A stretch of 64,000 nucleotides of DNA from Acidimicrobiia bacterium (GTDB lineage: Bacteria > Actinomycetota > Acidimicrobiia > IMCC26256 > JAOSJM01), in contig JAOSJM010000005.1 of NCBI GenBank assembly GCA_027494165.1, positions 1,452,461-1,516,460 of the forward strand. The letters are read 5' to 3'. Under the pieces are notes generated by a model. It was not told where the DNA came from. It saw nothing but the letters and a program-made list of their open reading frames with translations, and searched no databases. Of this stretch, positions 40,630 to 50,030 are shown one piece after another (within the stretch, counting starts at the first letter, position 1; the number at the start of each line of letters is the position of its first letter). Both the position numbers and the translations under genes were made by a program.

Positions 40630-42859
40630 CGTCCGGCTCCGTCTTCAGCTCGAGGTCCCGCTGGTCGGTGAGGGACCGCCCCGGACCCACCCGCTCGATC
40701 CGCACGGCCGACACCTTGTACTCGGGGATCTTCGAGACCGGGTCGAGGGCCCGGTTCGTGAGCTGGTTGACCGCCCGGTCGCCGGGCCAGTGGAAGGGGA
40801 TGAACACGGTGTCGGGGCGGATCGTCGCGACCACCCTGGCCGGGAGCGTCATCGTCCCCCGGCGCGACGTGACTCGCACCAGGTCGCCGTCGGCGACACC
40901 GTGGCGCTCCGCCAGGAGGGGATGCATCTCGCAGAGCGGCTCCGGGTACTGGGCGAGGAGCGGGCCGATCCGGCGGGTCTGGGTGCCCGAGAGGTACTGG
41001 CTCACCACCCGCCCGGTGGTCAGCCACACCGGGTACTCGTCGTCGACGACCTCGGCCGGGGGCCGGTAGCGGACGGGGTGGAACCGGGCCCGCCCGTTCT
41101 CGGTGAAGAACCGGCCGCCCTCGTAGAGGCGGGGGGTGCCCGGGTGGCCCTCCTCCGGGCAGGGCCAGAACACGCCCTGCTCGTCCTCGACCCGCTCCCA
41201 GGTGATGCCGAGGTAGTCGGCCGTCCCCCCGTGGGAGGCGACGCGCATCTCGTCGAACATCTCCCGGGTGCTCGTGTAGGGGAAGTACCGGCCCTGCCCG
41301 AGCCGGCGGGCGATGTCGAGGAGGATCTCCCAGTCGCGCCGGGCCCGGCCGGGCGGCGCCGTGGCCGGGTTGATCTTGACCACCCGCCCCTCGACCGTCG
41401 TCGACGTCCCCTCGTCCTCCTCGTGCAGCGAGCCGGGGAGCACCACGTCGGCGTGGAAGGCGCTCTCGGAGAGGAAGAACTCGATGACGGCGTAGAACTC
41501 CAGCTTGTCGAGCGCCTCGGCGGTGAAGGCGGCGTCGGGCAACGAGACCGCCGGGTTGAAGCAGATGGACAGGAGTCCCTTGATCTCCCCGGCGTGGATG
41601 GCCTCCACGATCTCCTCGGCCGTCAGGCCCTTGCCGGGGATCTCGTCGACGTCGCAGCCCCACACGGACGCCACGTAGGCCCGGTGCTCGGGGTTCGTGA
41701 TGTCGCGGTTCCCGGGGAGCTGGTCGCACTTGTGGCCCTGCTCCCGGCCTCCCTGGCCGTTCCCCTGGCCGGTGATGGTGGTGACGCCGCAGCCCGGCTT
41801 GCCGTACTTGCCGGTCGCGAGCCCGAGGTTGATGCACGAGAGGACGTTCTCGACGCCCTTGCTCTGGTGCTCGATCCCCCGGGCGTGGAGCAGCATGCCG
41901 GTGGCGGAGGTGCCCCACAGCTCGGCGGCCTGCTCGATGCGGGCGGCGGGCACGCCGGTGACCTCGGCGCCCCACTCGAGGGTGTGGTCGCGGACGGCCT
42001 CGACCGCCTCCTCGAAGCCCTCGGTGTGGTGGTCGATGAAGTCGTGGTCGAGCCAGTCCCGCTCGACGAGCACGTGGAGGATCGTGCCCATGAGGGCCGA
42101 GTCCGTGCCGGGCCGGAGCCCGAGGAAGACGTCGGCGGTGCGGGCGAGCGGGGTCACCCGCGGGTCGGCCACGATGAGCTTCGCCCCCGGTCGCGGGCCC
42201 GCCAGATGTAGCTGGTGGTGATGGGGGCGCACTCGGCGACGTTCGCGCCGGCGACGAAGACCACGTCGGCCAGGGGGATGTCGCTCCACGGGTTCGCGGC
42301 CCGGTCGACACCGAGGGCCTTCTTGTTCGCCGCCCCGGCCGAGACCATGCAGAGCCGGCCGTTGTAGTCGAGGTTGGCGGTCCCCAGCGCCAGCCGGGCG
42401 AACTTCCCGATCAGGTAGGACTTCTCGTTCGTCAGCGAGACGCCCGACAGCATGGCGAAGGCGTCGGGGCCGTGGGCCTCCTGGATGCGCCGGATCTCCG
42501 ACACGACCCGGTCGAGCGCGTGGTCCCAGGTCACGGTCCGGAATCCGGTGGGGCTGGCCGGGTCGCGCTCGAGCGGGTCGAGGAGCCGGTCGGGGTGGCT
42601 GCCTTGCAGGTAGCGCTTCACGCCCTTGGGGCAGAGCTTCCCCCTCGTTGAACGGGAACTCGTACCAGGGCTCGAAGCCGACGACCTGCTCCCCGGCGAC
42701 CTTCAGCACGATGCCGCACTGCTGGCCGCAGAAGCAGCAGTGGGTCTTCACCTCCCGGTCGACCTCGAGGCCCGCGTCCCAGCCACCCGGCGGCGCCTGG
42801 TTGAGGTGCGGGCCGTACCGGGCGACGAGCTCCTCCTCGGAGATCGGGGGTCGGGCCAT
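40625..42859 (-). CDS. molybdopterin (bis-MGD) oxidoreductase catalytic subunit, NasA/NarB/FdhA-like, cytoplasmic (no Tat signal); at least two apparent frameshifts (~42645 and ~42185)
   Basis: The N-terminal Fe-S motif [10 protein letters not shown]...(KLCPKG) is in one frame. The segment [30 protein letters not shown]...[13 protein letters not shown] (ORF 42154-42621) is in another. The remainder ([19 protein letters not shown]...) is in the 802-aa ORF. Trimming G5 to G4 at about 42645 restores [14 protein letters not shown]. Confidence 0.75.
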   Translation of the reverse strand: MARPPISEEELVARYGPHLNQAPPGGWDAGLEVDREVKTHCCFCGQQCGIVLKVAGEQVVGFEPWYEFPFNEGEALPQGREALPARQPPRPAPRPARARPGQPHRIPDRDLGPRARPGRVGDPAHPGGPRPRRLRHAVGRLADEREVLPDREVRPAGAGDRQPRLQRPALHGLGRGGEQEGPRCRPGREPVERHPPGRRGLRRRRERRRVRPHHHQLHLAGPRPGAKLIVADPRVTPLARTADVFLGLRPGTDSALMGTILHVLVERDWLDHDFIDHHTEGFEEAVEAVRDHTLEWGAEVTGVPAARIEQAAELWGTSATGMLLHARGIEHQSKGVENVLSCINLGLATGKYGKPGCGVTTITGQGNGQGGREQGHKCDQLPGNRDITNPEHRAYVASVWGCDVDEIPGKGLTAEEIVEAIHAGEIKGLLSICFNPAVSLPDAAFTAEALDKLEFYAVIEFFLSESAFHADVVLPGSLHEEDEGTSTTVEGRVVKINPATAPPGRARRDWEILLDIARRLGQGRYFPYTSTREMFDEMRVASHGGTADYLGITWERVEDEQGVFWPCPEEGHPGTPRLYEGGRFFTENGRARFHPVRYRPPAEVVDDEYPVWLTTGRVVSQYLSGTQTRRIGPLLAQYPEPLCEMHPLLAERHGVADGDLVRVTSRRGTMTLPARVVATIRPDTVFIPFHWPGDRAVNQLTNRALDPVSKIPEYKVSAVRIERVGPGRSLTDQRDLELKTEPDA

Positions 42860-43968
42860 CAGCCGAAGCCCCCTACCCGTCGCGACTGGGCCAGGGTCAC
42901 GAGCCGGCGGCGGCACGGCGGGCAGACGTCCTGGTAGTGACCGCCGCCGGGGGCCGAGTAGTCGAAGCCGACCCGCGGCAGGACCGCCTTGAGGTCGCCG
43001 ACCTGGAGCGCCGACGCGAACGGCCGCCCGCACTCGACGCAGTGCTGCTGCGGCCCGGACTCACCCTCGGCCTTGTAGTAGGCGATGCCGAGGTTCGCGG
43101 GCCGCTGGAAGATGTGGAACAGCTTCCCGAACGGGATGTACATGAGGCCGAGGATCACGGTGAGCGCGTGGACCGTGGTCAGGAAGGTGTAGAAGCGGCC
43201 CTCCATCCAGAGGTTCGACGCGGTGAGCAGGAGCCCGGTGATCGAGACGGCGAAGAGACCGGCGAGCGCGAGGAAGTCGCTCGACCGCTCCACGGCGAGG
43301 GCCCCGGGGTCGCGCAGCCGGCGCGACAGGAAGATGAAGACGCCGGCGAGCACGAGGAACGCGGCGACGTCGAGGGCGTGGATGACGAACCAGCCGAGGA
43401 CGCCGCGGGAGTCGAAGCTGAAGGTGCCGATGCCGGCCACGTACGTGCGGTACTCGCGGGCGTCCTGCCCCACCGACTCGAAGTGGAGCCACCCGAACAC
43501 GAGCGGGAAGGTCACCAGCGCGGCGAGCACGCAGCCCCAGAACACGAGCTGGTGGGCCGCCCAGCGGGCCCCGGACCGGCGCCGGATGAAGCCCTGGGCG
43601 GCGAGGTTCGTGAGCACGAGGCCCGGGAGGGAACCCACGTTGCGCACCCGGGCACCCCGGCGCCAGAAGGCCTCCCAGCCCCGGCGGTTCAGCATCGCGG
43701 TCGGCGGGCGGCGGAGCCACACGACGTAGCGGTACACGACGCCGAAGAGGGCGAAGAGCGTGCCGAACAGGTACCCGACGAGCGCGGCGTCGAACCAGCG
43801 CAGCCCGCTGCTGCCGAGGACCACGAGCGCGACGGTGACGGCGACGGCGACGAGACCCCAGGCCACGGCGCTCCGGTCGAGCCCGCCGGCACCCCGCGCG
43901 CTCATGGGTGGTCCCGGCGCCGGTCGGTGCGTCCGGGCCGGGCGGTGCGAGCCACGCCATGGAGTCAA
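42859..43968 (-). CDS. NarI-like (nitrate reductase gamma family) di-heme cytochrome b membrane subunit with C-terminal Cys-rich ribbon
   Basis: Five TM helices with conserved His residues. The C-terminal motif is HCVECGRPF...CPPCRRR. Confidence 0.7.
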   Translation of the reverse strand: MTPWRGSHRPARTHRPAPGPPMSARGAGGLDRSAVAWGLVAVAVTVALVVLGSSGLRWFDAALVGYLFGTLFALFGVVYRYVVWLRRPPTAMLNRRGWEAFWRRGARVRNVGSLPGLVLTNLAAQGFIRRRSGARWAAHQLVFWGCVLAALVTFPLVFGWLHFESVGQDAREYRTYVAGIGTFSFDSRGVLGWFVIHALDVAAFLVLAGVFIFLSRRLRDPGALAVERSSDFLALAGLFAVSITGLLLTASNLWMEGRFYTFLTTVHALTVILGLMYIPFGKLFHIFQRPANLGIAYYKAEGESGPQQHCVECGRPFASALQVGDLKAVLPRVGFDYSAPGGGHYQDVCPPCRRRLVTLAQSRRVGGFG

Positions 43969-44088
43969 GCACGGCCCGGCCCCGGTTTCCCGTCAGCCGC
44001 CGGCGGCACCGGTCACACCCGGGGTGGCGGCGGCGGTCGGTCCCGGCTAGGAAGGGGGCGCGGGGAGCGGTCGGCGCGGAGGTGCGGG

Positions 44089-44645
44089 ATGCACCGGGAG
44101 GCGAGGACGGAGCCCCCCGTCCGGGTGCTGCAGGCGACGTTCCGGGACGTGGGCAGCGCGCACCGGGCGGTCGAGGCCCTCGAGCGGGCCGGGGTCGACG
44201 GTCAGGCCATCGTGCTGCGGGACCCGGCCGCCTCGCAGGCGCGGGATCCCCGCCACACCCGTGCGCTCGACGCCCGGGGGATGCACCGCTTCGGCGGCGG
44301 GATCGTGCGCGGCGGCGTCGCGGGCGGGCTCGTCGGGGCGGTGCTGGGAGCGGCGGTGGCGCTCGTGCTGTCGGGCCCCCTGCCGTGGGGAGGGCCGGTG
44401 GCCTGTCGGCGCTGGGCCTCGGCGGGCTGGCGCTCGGCGTGTACGTCGGGACGCTCGTGGGGGCGGCGAGGAACGCGGGCTTCTCCGACGCGTGGGAGCT
44501 CACCTTCGCCGACGTCCCGGCGGCGCCGGTCGTCGTCGAGGTGCGAGCCGTGAGCCCGAGGACGGTCCGGACCGCCCGACCCGTGCTGCGTTCCCTCGGT
44601 GGCGAGACCGTCCCGGCCGCCACGCCGCCCGGGACCTCCGGATGA
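44089..44645 (+). CDS. hypothetical protein with C-terminal glycine-zipper TM region, apparent frameshift near 44400
   Basis: The N-terminal part (MHREARTEPPVRVLQATFRDVGSAHRAVEALERAGVDGQAIVL..., ORF 42937-44553 frame) continues as ...GGLSALGLGGLALGVYVGTLVGAARNAGFSDAWELTF (ORF 43908-44645 frame). Confidence 0.5.
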
Positions 44646-44663
44646 CGCCCCGGCGCGCCCGCG

Positions 44664-44885
44664 TCAGCCGAGCTCCTGGAGGCGCTCCCGGTACTCCTCG
44701 GTCGTGATCTCGCCCCGCGCGTAGCGCTCGGCGAGGATGTCGCGGGCCCGGGCCCGGCCGTCGCCCGCCCCGGGTGCCCGGCCGGCCCGCGCTCCCCAGA
44801 CGAGGGCGGCGACCGCGAGCCCGACGAGGGCCACCATGACGACGGTGCCCAGGAGCCACATCCAGCCCCAACCGTCGCCCCACAT
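44664..44885 (-). CDS. SHOCT-domain membrane protein
   Basis: MWGDGWGWMWLLGTVVMVALVGLAVAALVW...ILAERYARGEITTEEYRERLQELG: a TM helix plus a SHOCT motif. Confidence 0.7.
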   Translation of the reverse strand: MWGDGWGWMWLLGTVVMVALVGLAVAALVWGARAGRAPGAGDGRARARDILAERYARGEITTEEYRERLQELG

Positions 44886-44961
44886 GTGGTCGTGGTCTCC
44901 GCGATGAGCCGGCAGGCTGCCGATCAGCGTGCTCCACACGGTCCCTCCTCCCGTCGGAAGC

Positions 44962-47139
44962 TCAGCGTGTGTCCACGGTCCGGGGCGTGCGGCCGGGCGC
45001 CCGTGGCACACCGTCCCGGTCGTCGCGGTCGGGCCCGTCGGCGCGCAGGTCGACCCGCCGGAGGAGCTGGGCGTTGAGGGCCACGATCACCGTCGACGCG
45101 CTCATCAGCAGCGCGCCGACGGCCGGGGCCATCGTGACCCCGGCCCAGGCCAGCGCCCCGGCGGCGAGCGGGATGGCCACGACGTTGTAGCCGGCGGCCC
45201 AGGCCAGGTTCTGCACCATCTTCCGGTACGCGGCGTGGGACAGCCGGACGACGCCCAGCACCGCTCGGGGATCCGAGGACGCCAGCACCACCCCGGCCGA
45301 CTCGATGGCGACGTCGGTGCCGGCGCCGATGGCGATGCCGACGTCGGCCCGGGCCAGGGCCGGGGCGTCGTTCACCCCGTCGCCCACCATGGCCACCCGC
45401 AGGCCGCGCTCCTGGAGCTCGGCGACCCTGGCGTCCTTGTCCTCGGGGAGGATCTCGGCCATGACCTCGTCGATCCCGAGTCGCTCACCGACGGCCTCGG
45501 CGACCGGGCGGGCGTCGCCGGTGATCATGACGACCCGTACCCCGAGGCGGTGGAGCTCCTCCACGGCCGCGGCCGACTCGGGCCGGACCTCGTCCTCCAG
45601 CGCCATGGCCCCGACGACCTCGCCGTCCCTGACGACGTGCAGCACGGCTGCGCCGCGCGCGGACCACTCCTCGACCGTGTCGGCCAGCGCGCCGGGGGAG
45701 CGCAGGTCACGCTCACGCAGGAGAGCCGGGCCGCCGACCGCCACCGCGGCCCCGTCCACGGAGGCTTCGACGCCGCGCCCCGCGATGGAGCGGAAGTCCC
45801 GCCCGTCCGGGACCGGCCCCCGTTCCCGGGCCTCGGCCACGATGGCCCGGGCCAGGGGATGCTCGCTCTCGGCCTCGGCCGCGGCGGCCAGCGCGAGGAC
45901 CCGGTCCTCGTCGCCGTCGAGCGCGGCGACGGCCGTCACGGCGTGCTCGCCCCGGGTCAACGTCCCGGTCTTGTCGAACAGCACGGCGTCCACCTGACGC
46001 ATCCGCTCGAGGGCGAGCCGGTCCTTCACCAGGATCCCGGCCCGGGCGGACAGCGCGGTCGAGAGGGCGATCACGAGGGGGATCGCCAGCCCGAGCGCGT
46101 GGGGGCAGGAGATCACGAGCACCGTCACGGTCCGGACGACCGCGTCGGCGGCGTCGCCGGCGAGGAGCCACGCGGCGAAGGTGACGGTCGCGGCGGCGAG
46201 GGCCACGTAGAAGAGGAGCGCCGCGGCCCGGTCGGCGAGGGCCTGGGCCCGGGAGCGCGAGGTCTGGGCCTGCTCGACGAGGCGCCGGATGCCCGCCAGC
46301 GCGGTGTCGTCGCCGATCGCGTCGACCGCCACCCTGATCGACGAGTCGGTGGCCACCGTCCCGGCCACGACGCGGTCGCCCACCCCCCGGGGGACCGGCC
46401 GGGACTCACCGGTGATCATGGACTCGTCCACCTCGGCCTCGCCGTCGACCACGGTCCCGTCGGCGGGCACCCGGGCGCCGGGGCGGACCAGCGCGACGTC
46501 GCCCACGGTCAGCTCGGCGATGGAGACCGTCTCGGTGCCGCCGTCGACGACCCGCTCGGCCTCGTCCGGCAGCAGCTCCGCGAGCGCGCCGAGCGCCCCT
46601 CGGGCCTGGCCCACGGCCCGCATCTCCTGCCAGTGACCCAGGAGCATGACGACGATCAGCGCCGCCAGCTCCCACCAGAGCTCGAGGTCGAGGACGCCCA
46701 GGGACCCGAGCACCGAGGTGACGAAGGCCACCGAGATCGCCATGGCGATGAGCAGCATCATCCCGGGTCGCCGGTCGCGGGCCTCGCGCCAGCCTCCGGC
46801 GAGGAACGGCCGGCCCCCGTGGAGGAAGACGACCGTGCCGAGGACCGGGGCGACGAGGCCGTCGCCGGGGAAGCTCGGGGGCGTGAGGTGCAGCCAGCCC
46901 TGGATCGTCTCGCTGAAGACCAGCACCGGGAGGGTCAGCACGAGGTCGACCCAGAAGAGGCGGCGGAACATCGCGGCGTGGTCGTCGTGCCCGCCGTGAC
47001 CCTCGTGACCCTCGTGACCGCGGTCCGGCCGGGACCCGGGGCGCGACGGCCCGGACCCCTGCTCCGGGCCCGGACCGGCGGGGAGGCTGCCGCCGGGCCG
47101 CCGGACCGTCCCGGAACGGTCGTGCTCCGTGTGCGTCAT
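44962..47139 (-). CDS. heavy-metal (Cu+/Ag+-type, CPx) P1B-type ATPase with His-rich N-terminus
   Basis: ATG at 47137-47139. N-terminal GHEGHEGHGGHDDH. Motifs TGES, CPH (SCPHALGLA), DKTGTLT and GDGVNDAP are present. Confidence 0.9.
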   Translation of the reverse strand: MTHTEHDRSGTVRRPGGSLPAGPGPEQGSGPSRPGSRPDRGHEGHEGHGGHDDHAAMFRRLFWVDLVLTLPVLVFSETIQGWLHLTPPSFPGDGLVAPVLGTVVFLHGGRPFLAGGWREARDRRPGMMLLIAMAISVAFVTSVLGSLGVLDLELWWELAALIVVMLLGHWQEMRAVGQARGALGALAELLPDEAERVVDGGTETVSIAELTVGDVALVRPGARVPADGTVVDGEAEVDESMITGESRPVPRGVGDRVVAGTVATDSSIRVAVDAIGDDTALAGIRRLVEQAQTSRSRAQALADRAAALLFYVALAAATVTFAAWLLAGDAADAVVRTVTVLVISCPHALGLAIPLVIALSTALSARAGILVKDRLALERMRQVDAVLFDKTGTLTRGEHAVTAVAALDGDEDRVLALAAAAEAESEHPLARAIVAEARERGPVPDGRDFRSIAGRGVEASVDGAAVAVGGPALLRERDLRSPGALADTVEEWSARGAAVLHVVRDGEVVGAMALEDEVRPESAAAVEELHRLGVRVVMITGDARPVAEAVGERLGIDEVMAEILPEDKDARVAELQERGLRVAMVGDGVNDAPALARADVGIAIGAGTDVAIESAGVVLASSDPRAVLGVVRLSHAAYRKMVQNLAWAAGYNVVAIPLAAGALAWAGVTMAPAVGALLMSASTVIVALNAQLLRRVDLRADGPDRDDRDGVPRAPGRTPRTVDTR

Positions 47140-47164
47140 CTCGGATCCCCCCGGATCGGTGGCC

Positions 47165-47215
47165 GGACGAGTCCCCCGACCTTCCTCAATACCTATACCC
47201 CCATCCCTATCTGTC
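47165..47215 (-). promoter_or_regulatory. sigma-70-like promoter for the P-type ATPase gene (AT-rich island)
   Basis: The minus strand reads cccTTGACAgatagggatgggggTATAGGTATtgagg about 30-75 nt upstream of ATG 47139. It has a perfect -35 TTGACA, a 16-17-nt spacer and a TATAGGTAT -10 region, in an otherwise ~72 % GC context. Confidence 0.55.
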
Positions 47216-47258
47216 AAGGGCGTGGAGTCCCGGCACCCGGGGACCGGGCGACCACGCG

Positions 47259-47795
47259 TCAGGGCCGGCGCCGGCCCGCCGGTCCCTGCTCGCGCTCGGG
47301 CGACCGGAGGCGGTCCGAGTGGTGCTGGGGGCCGAAGGCGACGAGGGGGAGGTACGCCCAGGCCCACAGGACGAGACCCGCGACGACGGCCGTGGCCGCG
47401 GCGGCCGCCGTGACGTCGTAGACGAGCGACGACACGAGGTAGACGGCGGCGCCGAGAGCGACCGCCAGCAGCGCCGTCCCCGTGATCGCGAGCCGCACCG
47501 CGGTCATGAGGTGGCGTCGCGAGTGGCGCTCCACCCCGGTCCGCGGTGACCGCATCCGCTGGTGCACGCTCGGGGCGATCAACAGCACGGAGGAGACGGC
47601 CGCGCTCAGGAACGCCGTGTAGTAGACGCCGCGCTCGATCGTCCCCAGGGTGGCGAACTCCCCCTGGAGGGGGAGGATCAGGAGGAAGGCCATGAGCACC
47701 TGCACACCGGGGAGGGTCGTGCGAAGACCCTCGAGGAGCGCCCGGAACTGGTCGTCGACGTCGTTCTCCCGGTCCGGATCGGTGCTCGCAGCCAT
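47259..47795 (-). CDS. hypothetical multi-TM membrane protein (DUF6328-like)
   Basis: MAASTDPDRENDVDDQFRALLEGLRTTLPGVQVLMAFLLILP... with four predicted TM helices. Confidence 0.5.
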   Translation of the reverse strand: MAASTDPDRENDVDDQFRALLEGLRTTLPGVQVLMAFLLILPLQGEFATLGTIERGVYYTAFLSAAVSSVLLIAPSVHQRMRSPRTGVERHSRRHLMTAVRLAITGTALLAVALGAAVYLVSSLVYDVTAAAAATAVVAGLVLWAWAYLPLVAFGPQHHSDRLRSPEREQGPAGRRRP

Positions 47796-47936
47796 GCGGG
47801 CGTGTGTTACCCGGTCCGCTCCCGGGGCCAAACCCGCGCGGGCACCCGGTGTGCGGACCGGTGGCGGCGCCCGCCCCGGGGATCGGCGCCGGCCCTCCGC
47901 CGGGCAGGTGCCCGGAGGGGATCAGGGGTCGAGCCA

Positions 47937-48569
47937 CCCGTCGAGGACGACCTCGTCGTCCCCGTCGGTGAGCCACACCCGGTCGACGTCGGGGAGCGGG
48001 AGCGCCGAGGCGAGGACCAGCGCGCCGTCCCGGACGTGCCCCGGAAGCTCCCGGCACCGACTCGCCGGCCGTCCTCACCGGTCAGCCAGAGCCAGTAGCG
48101 GCTCCCGGGCTCCAGGCCCCTGACCTCCAGCGCCACCTCGGTGCCCCCACGGGCGCTCGGCGAGGACGGCGACCGCCTCGCTGCCGGCGGGCCGCACCGG
48201 GAAGGCCACCTCCCGGTCCCCCGAGGACGGGGATCCGGAGACGAGCGCGACGACCAGGAGCGCGGCGGCCGCGGCGGCGGCGAGCCCGGCGACCGTGCCG
48301 GCCCGCCGGCGGCGACGGCGCACCCGCTCGCGCGCCACGCGCCCGAGGACCCGTTCCGAGAGGTCCGGCGGCGCCTCCTCGGCAGGCGTCAGCCGGGACG
48401 GGTCGGCGGCCGGGAGCGCGCGGGCCACCGCCTCCAGCTCCGACAGCTCGTCGCGGCACTCGGGGCAGCCGTCGAGATGGGCCCGCAGCGCGGTGCGCCG
48501 CGCCGGCTCGAGGCGCCCGAGCGCCTCGGCGGCGAGGTCGCCCCGCTGGTCACGGCACTCAGCCGTCAT
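47937..48569 (-). CDS. anti-sigma factor (zf-HC2 N-terminus, RskA-like C-terminal domain), at least two apparent frameshifts near 48130 and 47960
   Basis: N-terminus LRAHLDGCPECRDEL (zinc finger) and a TM helix. The C-terminal domain is split over three frames (...ALEVRGLEPGSRYWLWLTGEDGRRVGAGSF... then ...DVDRVWLTDGDDEVVLDGWLDP stop). The start overlaps the sigma factor gene. Confidence 0.6.
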
Positions 48570-49092
48570 CGGTCCACCCCATCTCCTCCAGGGCCAGGCG
48601 GAGCGCCTTGAGGCCGTAGTACACCCGGCTCTTCACCGTCCCCGTCGGGACGCCCAGGTCGGCGGCCACCTCGTCGTAGGGGCGTCCCCGGTAGTGGACC
48701 TCCACGAGGGCGACCCGGTGGTCCGGGCCGATCCGCCGCAGGGCCTCCTCGACCTGGAAGGCGAGGAGGACCCGTTCGATCTCGCCGTCGGATGCCGGCT
48801 CGGCGAGCGTGCGGTCGTGGCGCACCGCGGGTCGGGCGGCGCGGGCCCGGCCGAGGTCGACGACCACGTTCCGCACGATGGCGAAGAGCCACGTGCGCAA
48901 CGATCCCAGGGTCTCGTCGAAGCGGTCGGCGGCTCGCCAGGCGCGCAGGAACGTCTCCTGCACGGCCTCCTCCGCGAGGCCGTCGTCGGCGAGCGCCCGG
49001 CGCGCGAACCGGTACAGCTCGCCCCCGTGGGCCGCGTACGCGGCCCGCAGGCCGTCGTCGCCGCCGAGGGTCCCGGATCGACCGACTCGCAC
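48559..49092 (-). CDS. ECF (sigma-70 family, group 4) RNA polymerase sigma factor
   Basis: Region 2 (ETFLRAWRAADRFD...LRTWLFAIVRNVVVD) and region 4 (YDEVAADLGVPTGTVKSRVYYGLKALR) are present. Confidence 0.85.
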   Translation of the reverse strand: MRVGRSGTLGGDDGLRAAYAAHGGELYRFARRALADDGLAEEAVQETFLRAWRAADRFDETLGSLRTWLFAIVRNVVVDLGRARAARPAVRHDRTLAEPASDGEIERVLLAFQVEEALRRIGPDHRVALVEVHYRGRPYDEVAADLGVPTGTVKSRVYYGLKALRLALEEMGWTDDG

Positions 49093-49265
49093 CCCTCCCC
49101 GGTCCTCTCCCCCGGTCCTCCCCGTCCCTGGATACGGACGGGCGCCGCGTCGGGTTCAACGCCCGGCGCCCCCCGACCCTGCCCGGCCCGCGGCGGCCCG
49201 GTGAACCGGGTGGCGTCCGCGTCCGTATCCCGTCGTGACCCCGCACGCGACCGTCGGAGGCACCC

Positions 49266-49841
49266 ATGCGCCGGACCGCCCGCCCGCTCGCCGTCGTCGC
49301 CGCTGTCGCGGCCCTCGTCCTCGCCGCCTGTGGATCCGACGACGGGTCCGACGCCGCGCCGGCCGGCACCGGGTCCCCGGAGGCCACGACCGCGCCGCCG
49401 TCCGGTGACGCCGCGGGGAGCACGAGCGCGCCGCCGTCGGGCGACGCCGCGGGGAGCACGGACGCGCCCACGGTGCGCACGGCGTCGAGCGACCTCGGCG
49501 AGATCCTGGTCGACGGGGACGGCCGTACGCTCTACGTCTTCCTGAACGACACCGGGGGGACGAGCACCTGCTCGGGGACCTGCGCGGACGCCTGGCCGCC
49601 CGTGACCGTCGACGGCGACGTGGCCGTGGGGCCGGGGCTCGACGCGGCCGGCTTCGGGACGATCACCCGTGACGACGGCAGCCGCCAGGTCACCATCGGC
49701 GAGGCGCCCCTGTACCTCTACGCGGGGGACGCCGCCGCGGGTGACGTGAACGGCCAGGGCCTGAACGAGCTCTGGTACGTCGTCGGGACGGACGGCGCCC
49801 CGATCGGCGCGCCACCGGCAGCCGCCGGCGCGTACGGATGA
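49266..49841 (+). CDS. secreted lipoprotein of the COG4315 / Yx(FWY)xxD-repeat family
   Basis: Lipobox LVLAAC. A Ser/Pro/Gly-rich linker with two SAPPSGDAAGST repeats. Two YxYxxD-type repeats (TLYVFLNDTGG..., PLYLYAGDAAAGD). Confidence 0.7.
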   Translation: MRRTARPLAVVAAVAALVLAACGSDDGSDAAPAGTGSPEATTAPPSGDAAGSTSAPPSGDAAGSTDAPTVRTASSDLGEILVDGDGRTLYVFLNDTGGTSTCSGTCADAWPPVTVDGDVAVGPGLDAAGFGTITRDDGSRQVTIGEAPLYLYAGDAAAGDVNGQGLNELWYVVGTDGAPIGAPPAAAGAYG

Positions 49842-50030
49842 GGCCGCCCCGGCCGGCCGACCGCCTCGCGGCGAGACCGGCGTGCCGCGGGTCGGGCCCG
49901 TGGCCGGGGTTCCGGAGGGGAGCGCCGGCCCCGGCTGCGGGGCCCGAGACCGTGACCGGGGCCGACCTTCCCCGCCCGGGTGGACGCCGGTAGCCTCGGG
50001 GCGACCGGCCGTCGTCCTCCGGGAGGCACC

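Noticed and set aside
42937-44553. 538-aa plus-strand ORF antisense to the NarI-like gene
   Set aside because: Only its last ~100 aa (from ATG 44089) form a plausible protein. Upstream it is antisense to a well-supported membrane-subunit gene and is compositionally junk.
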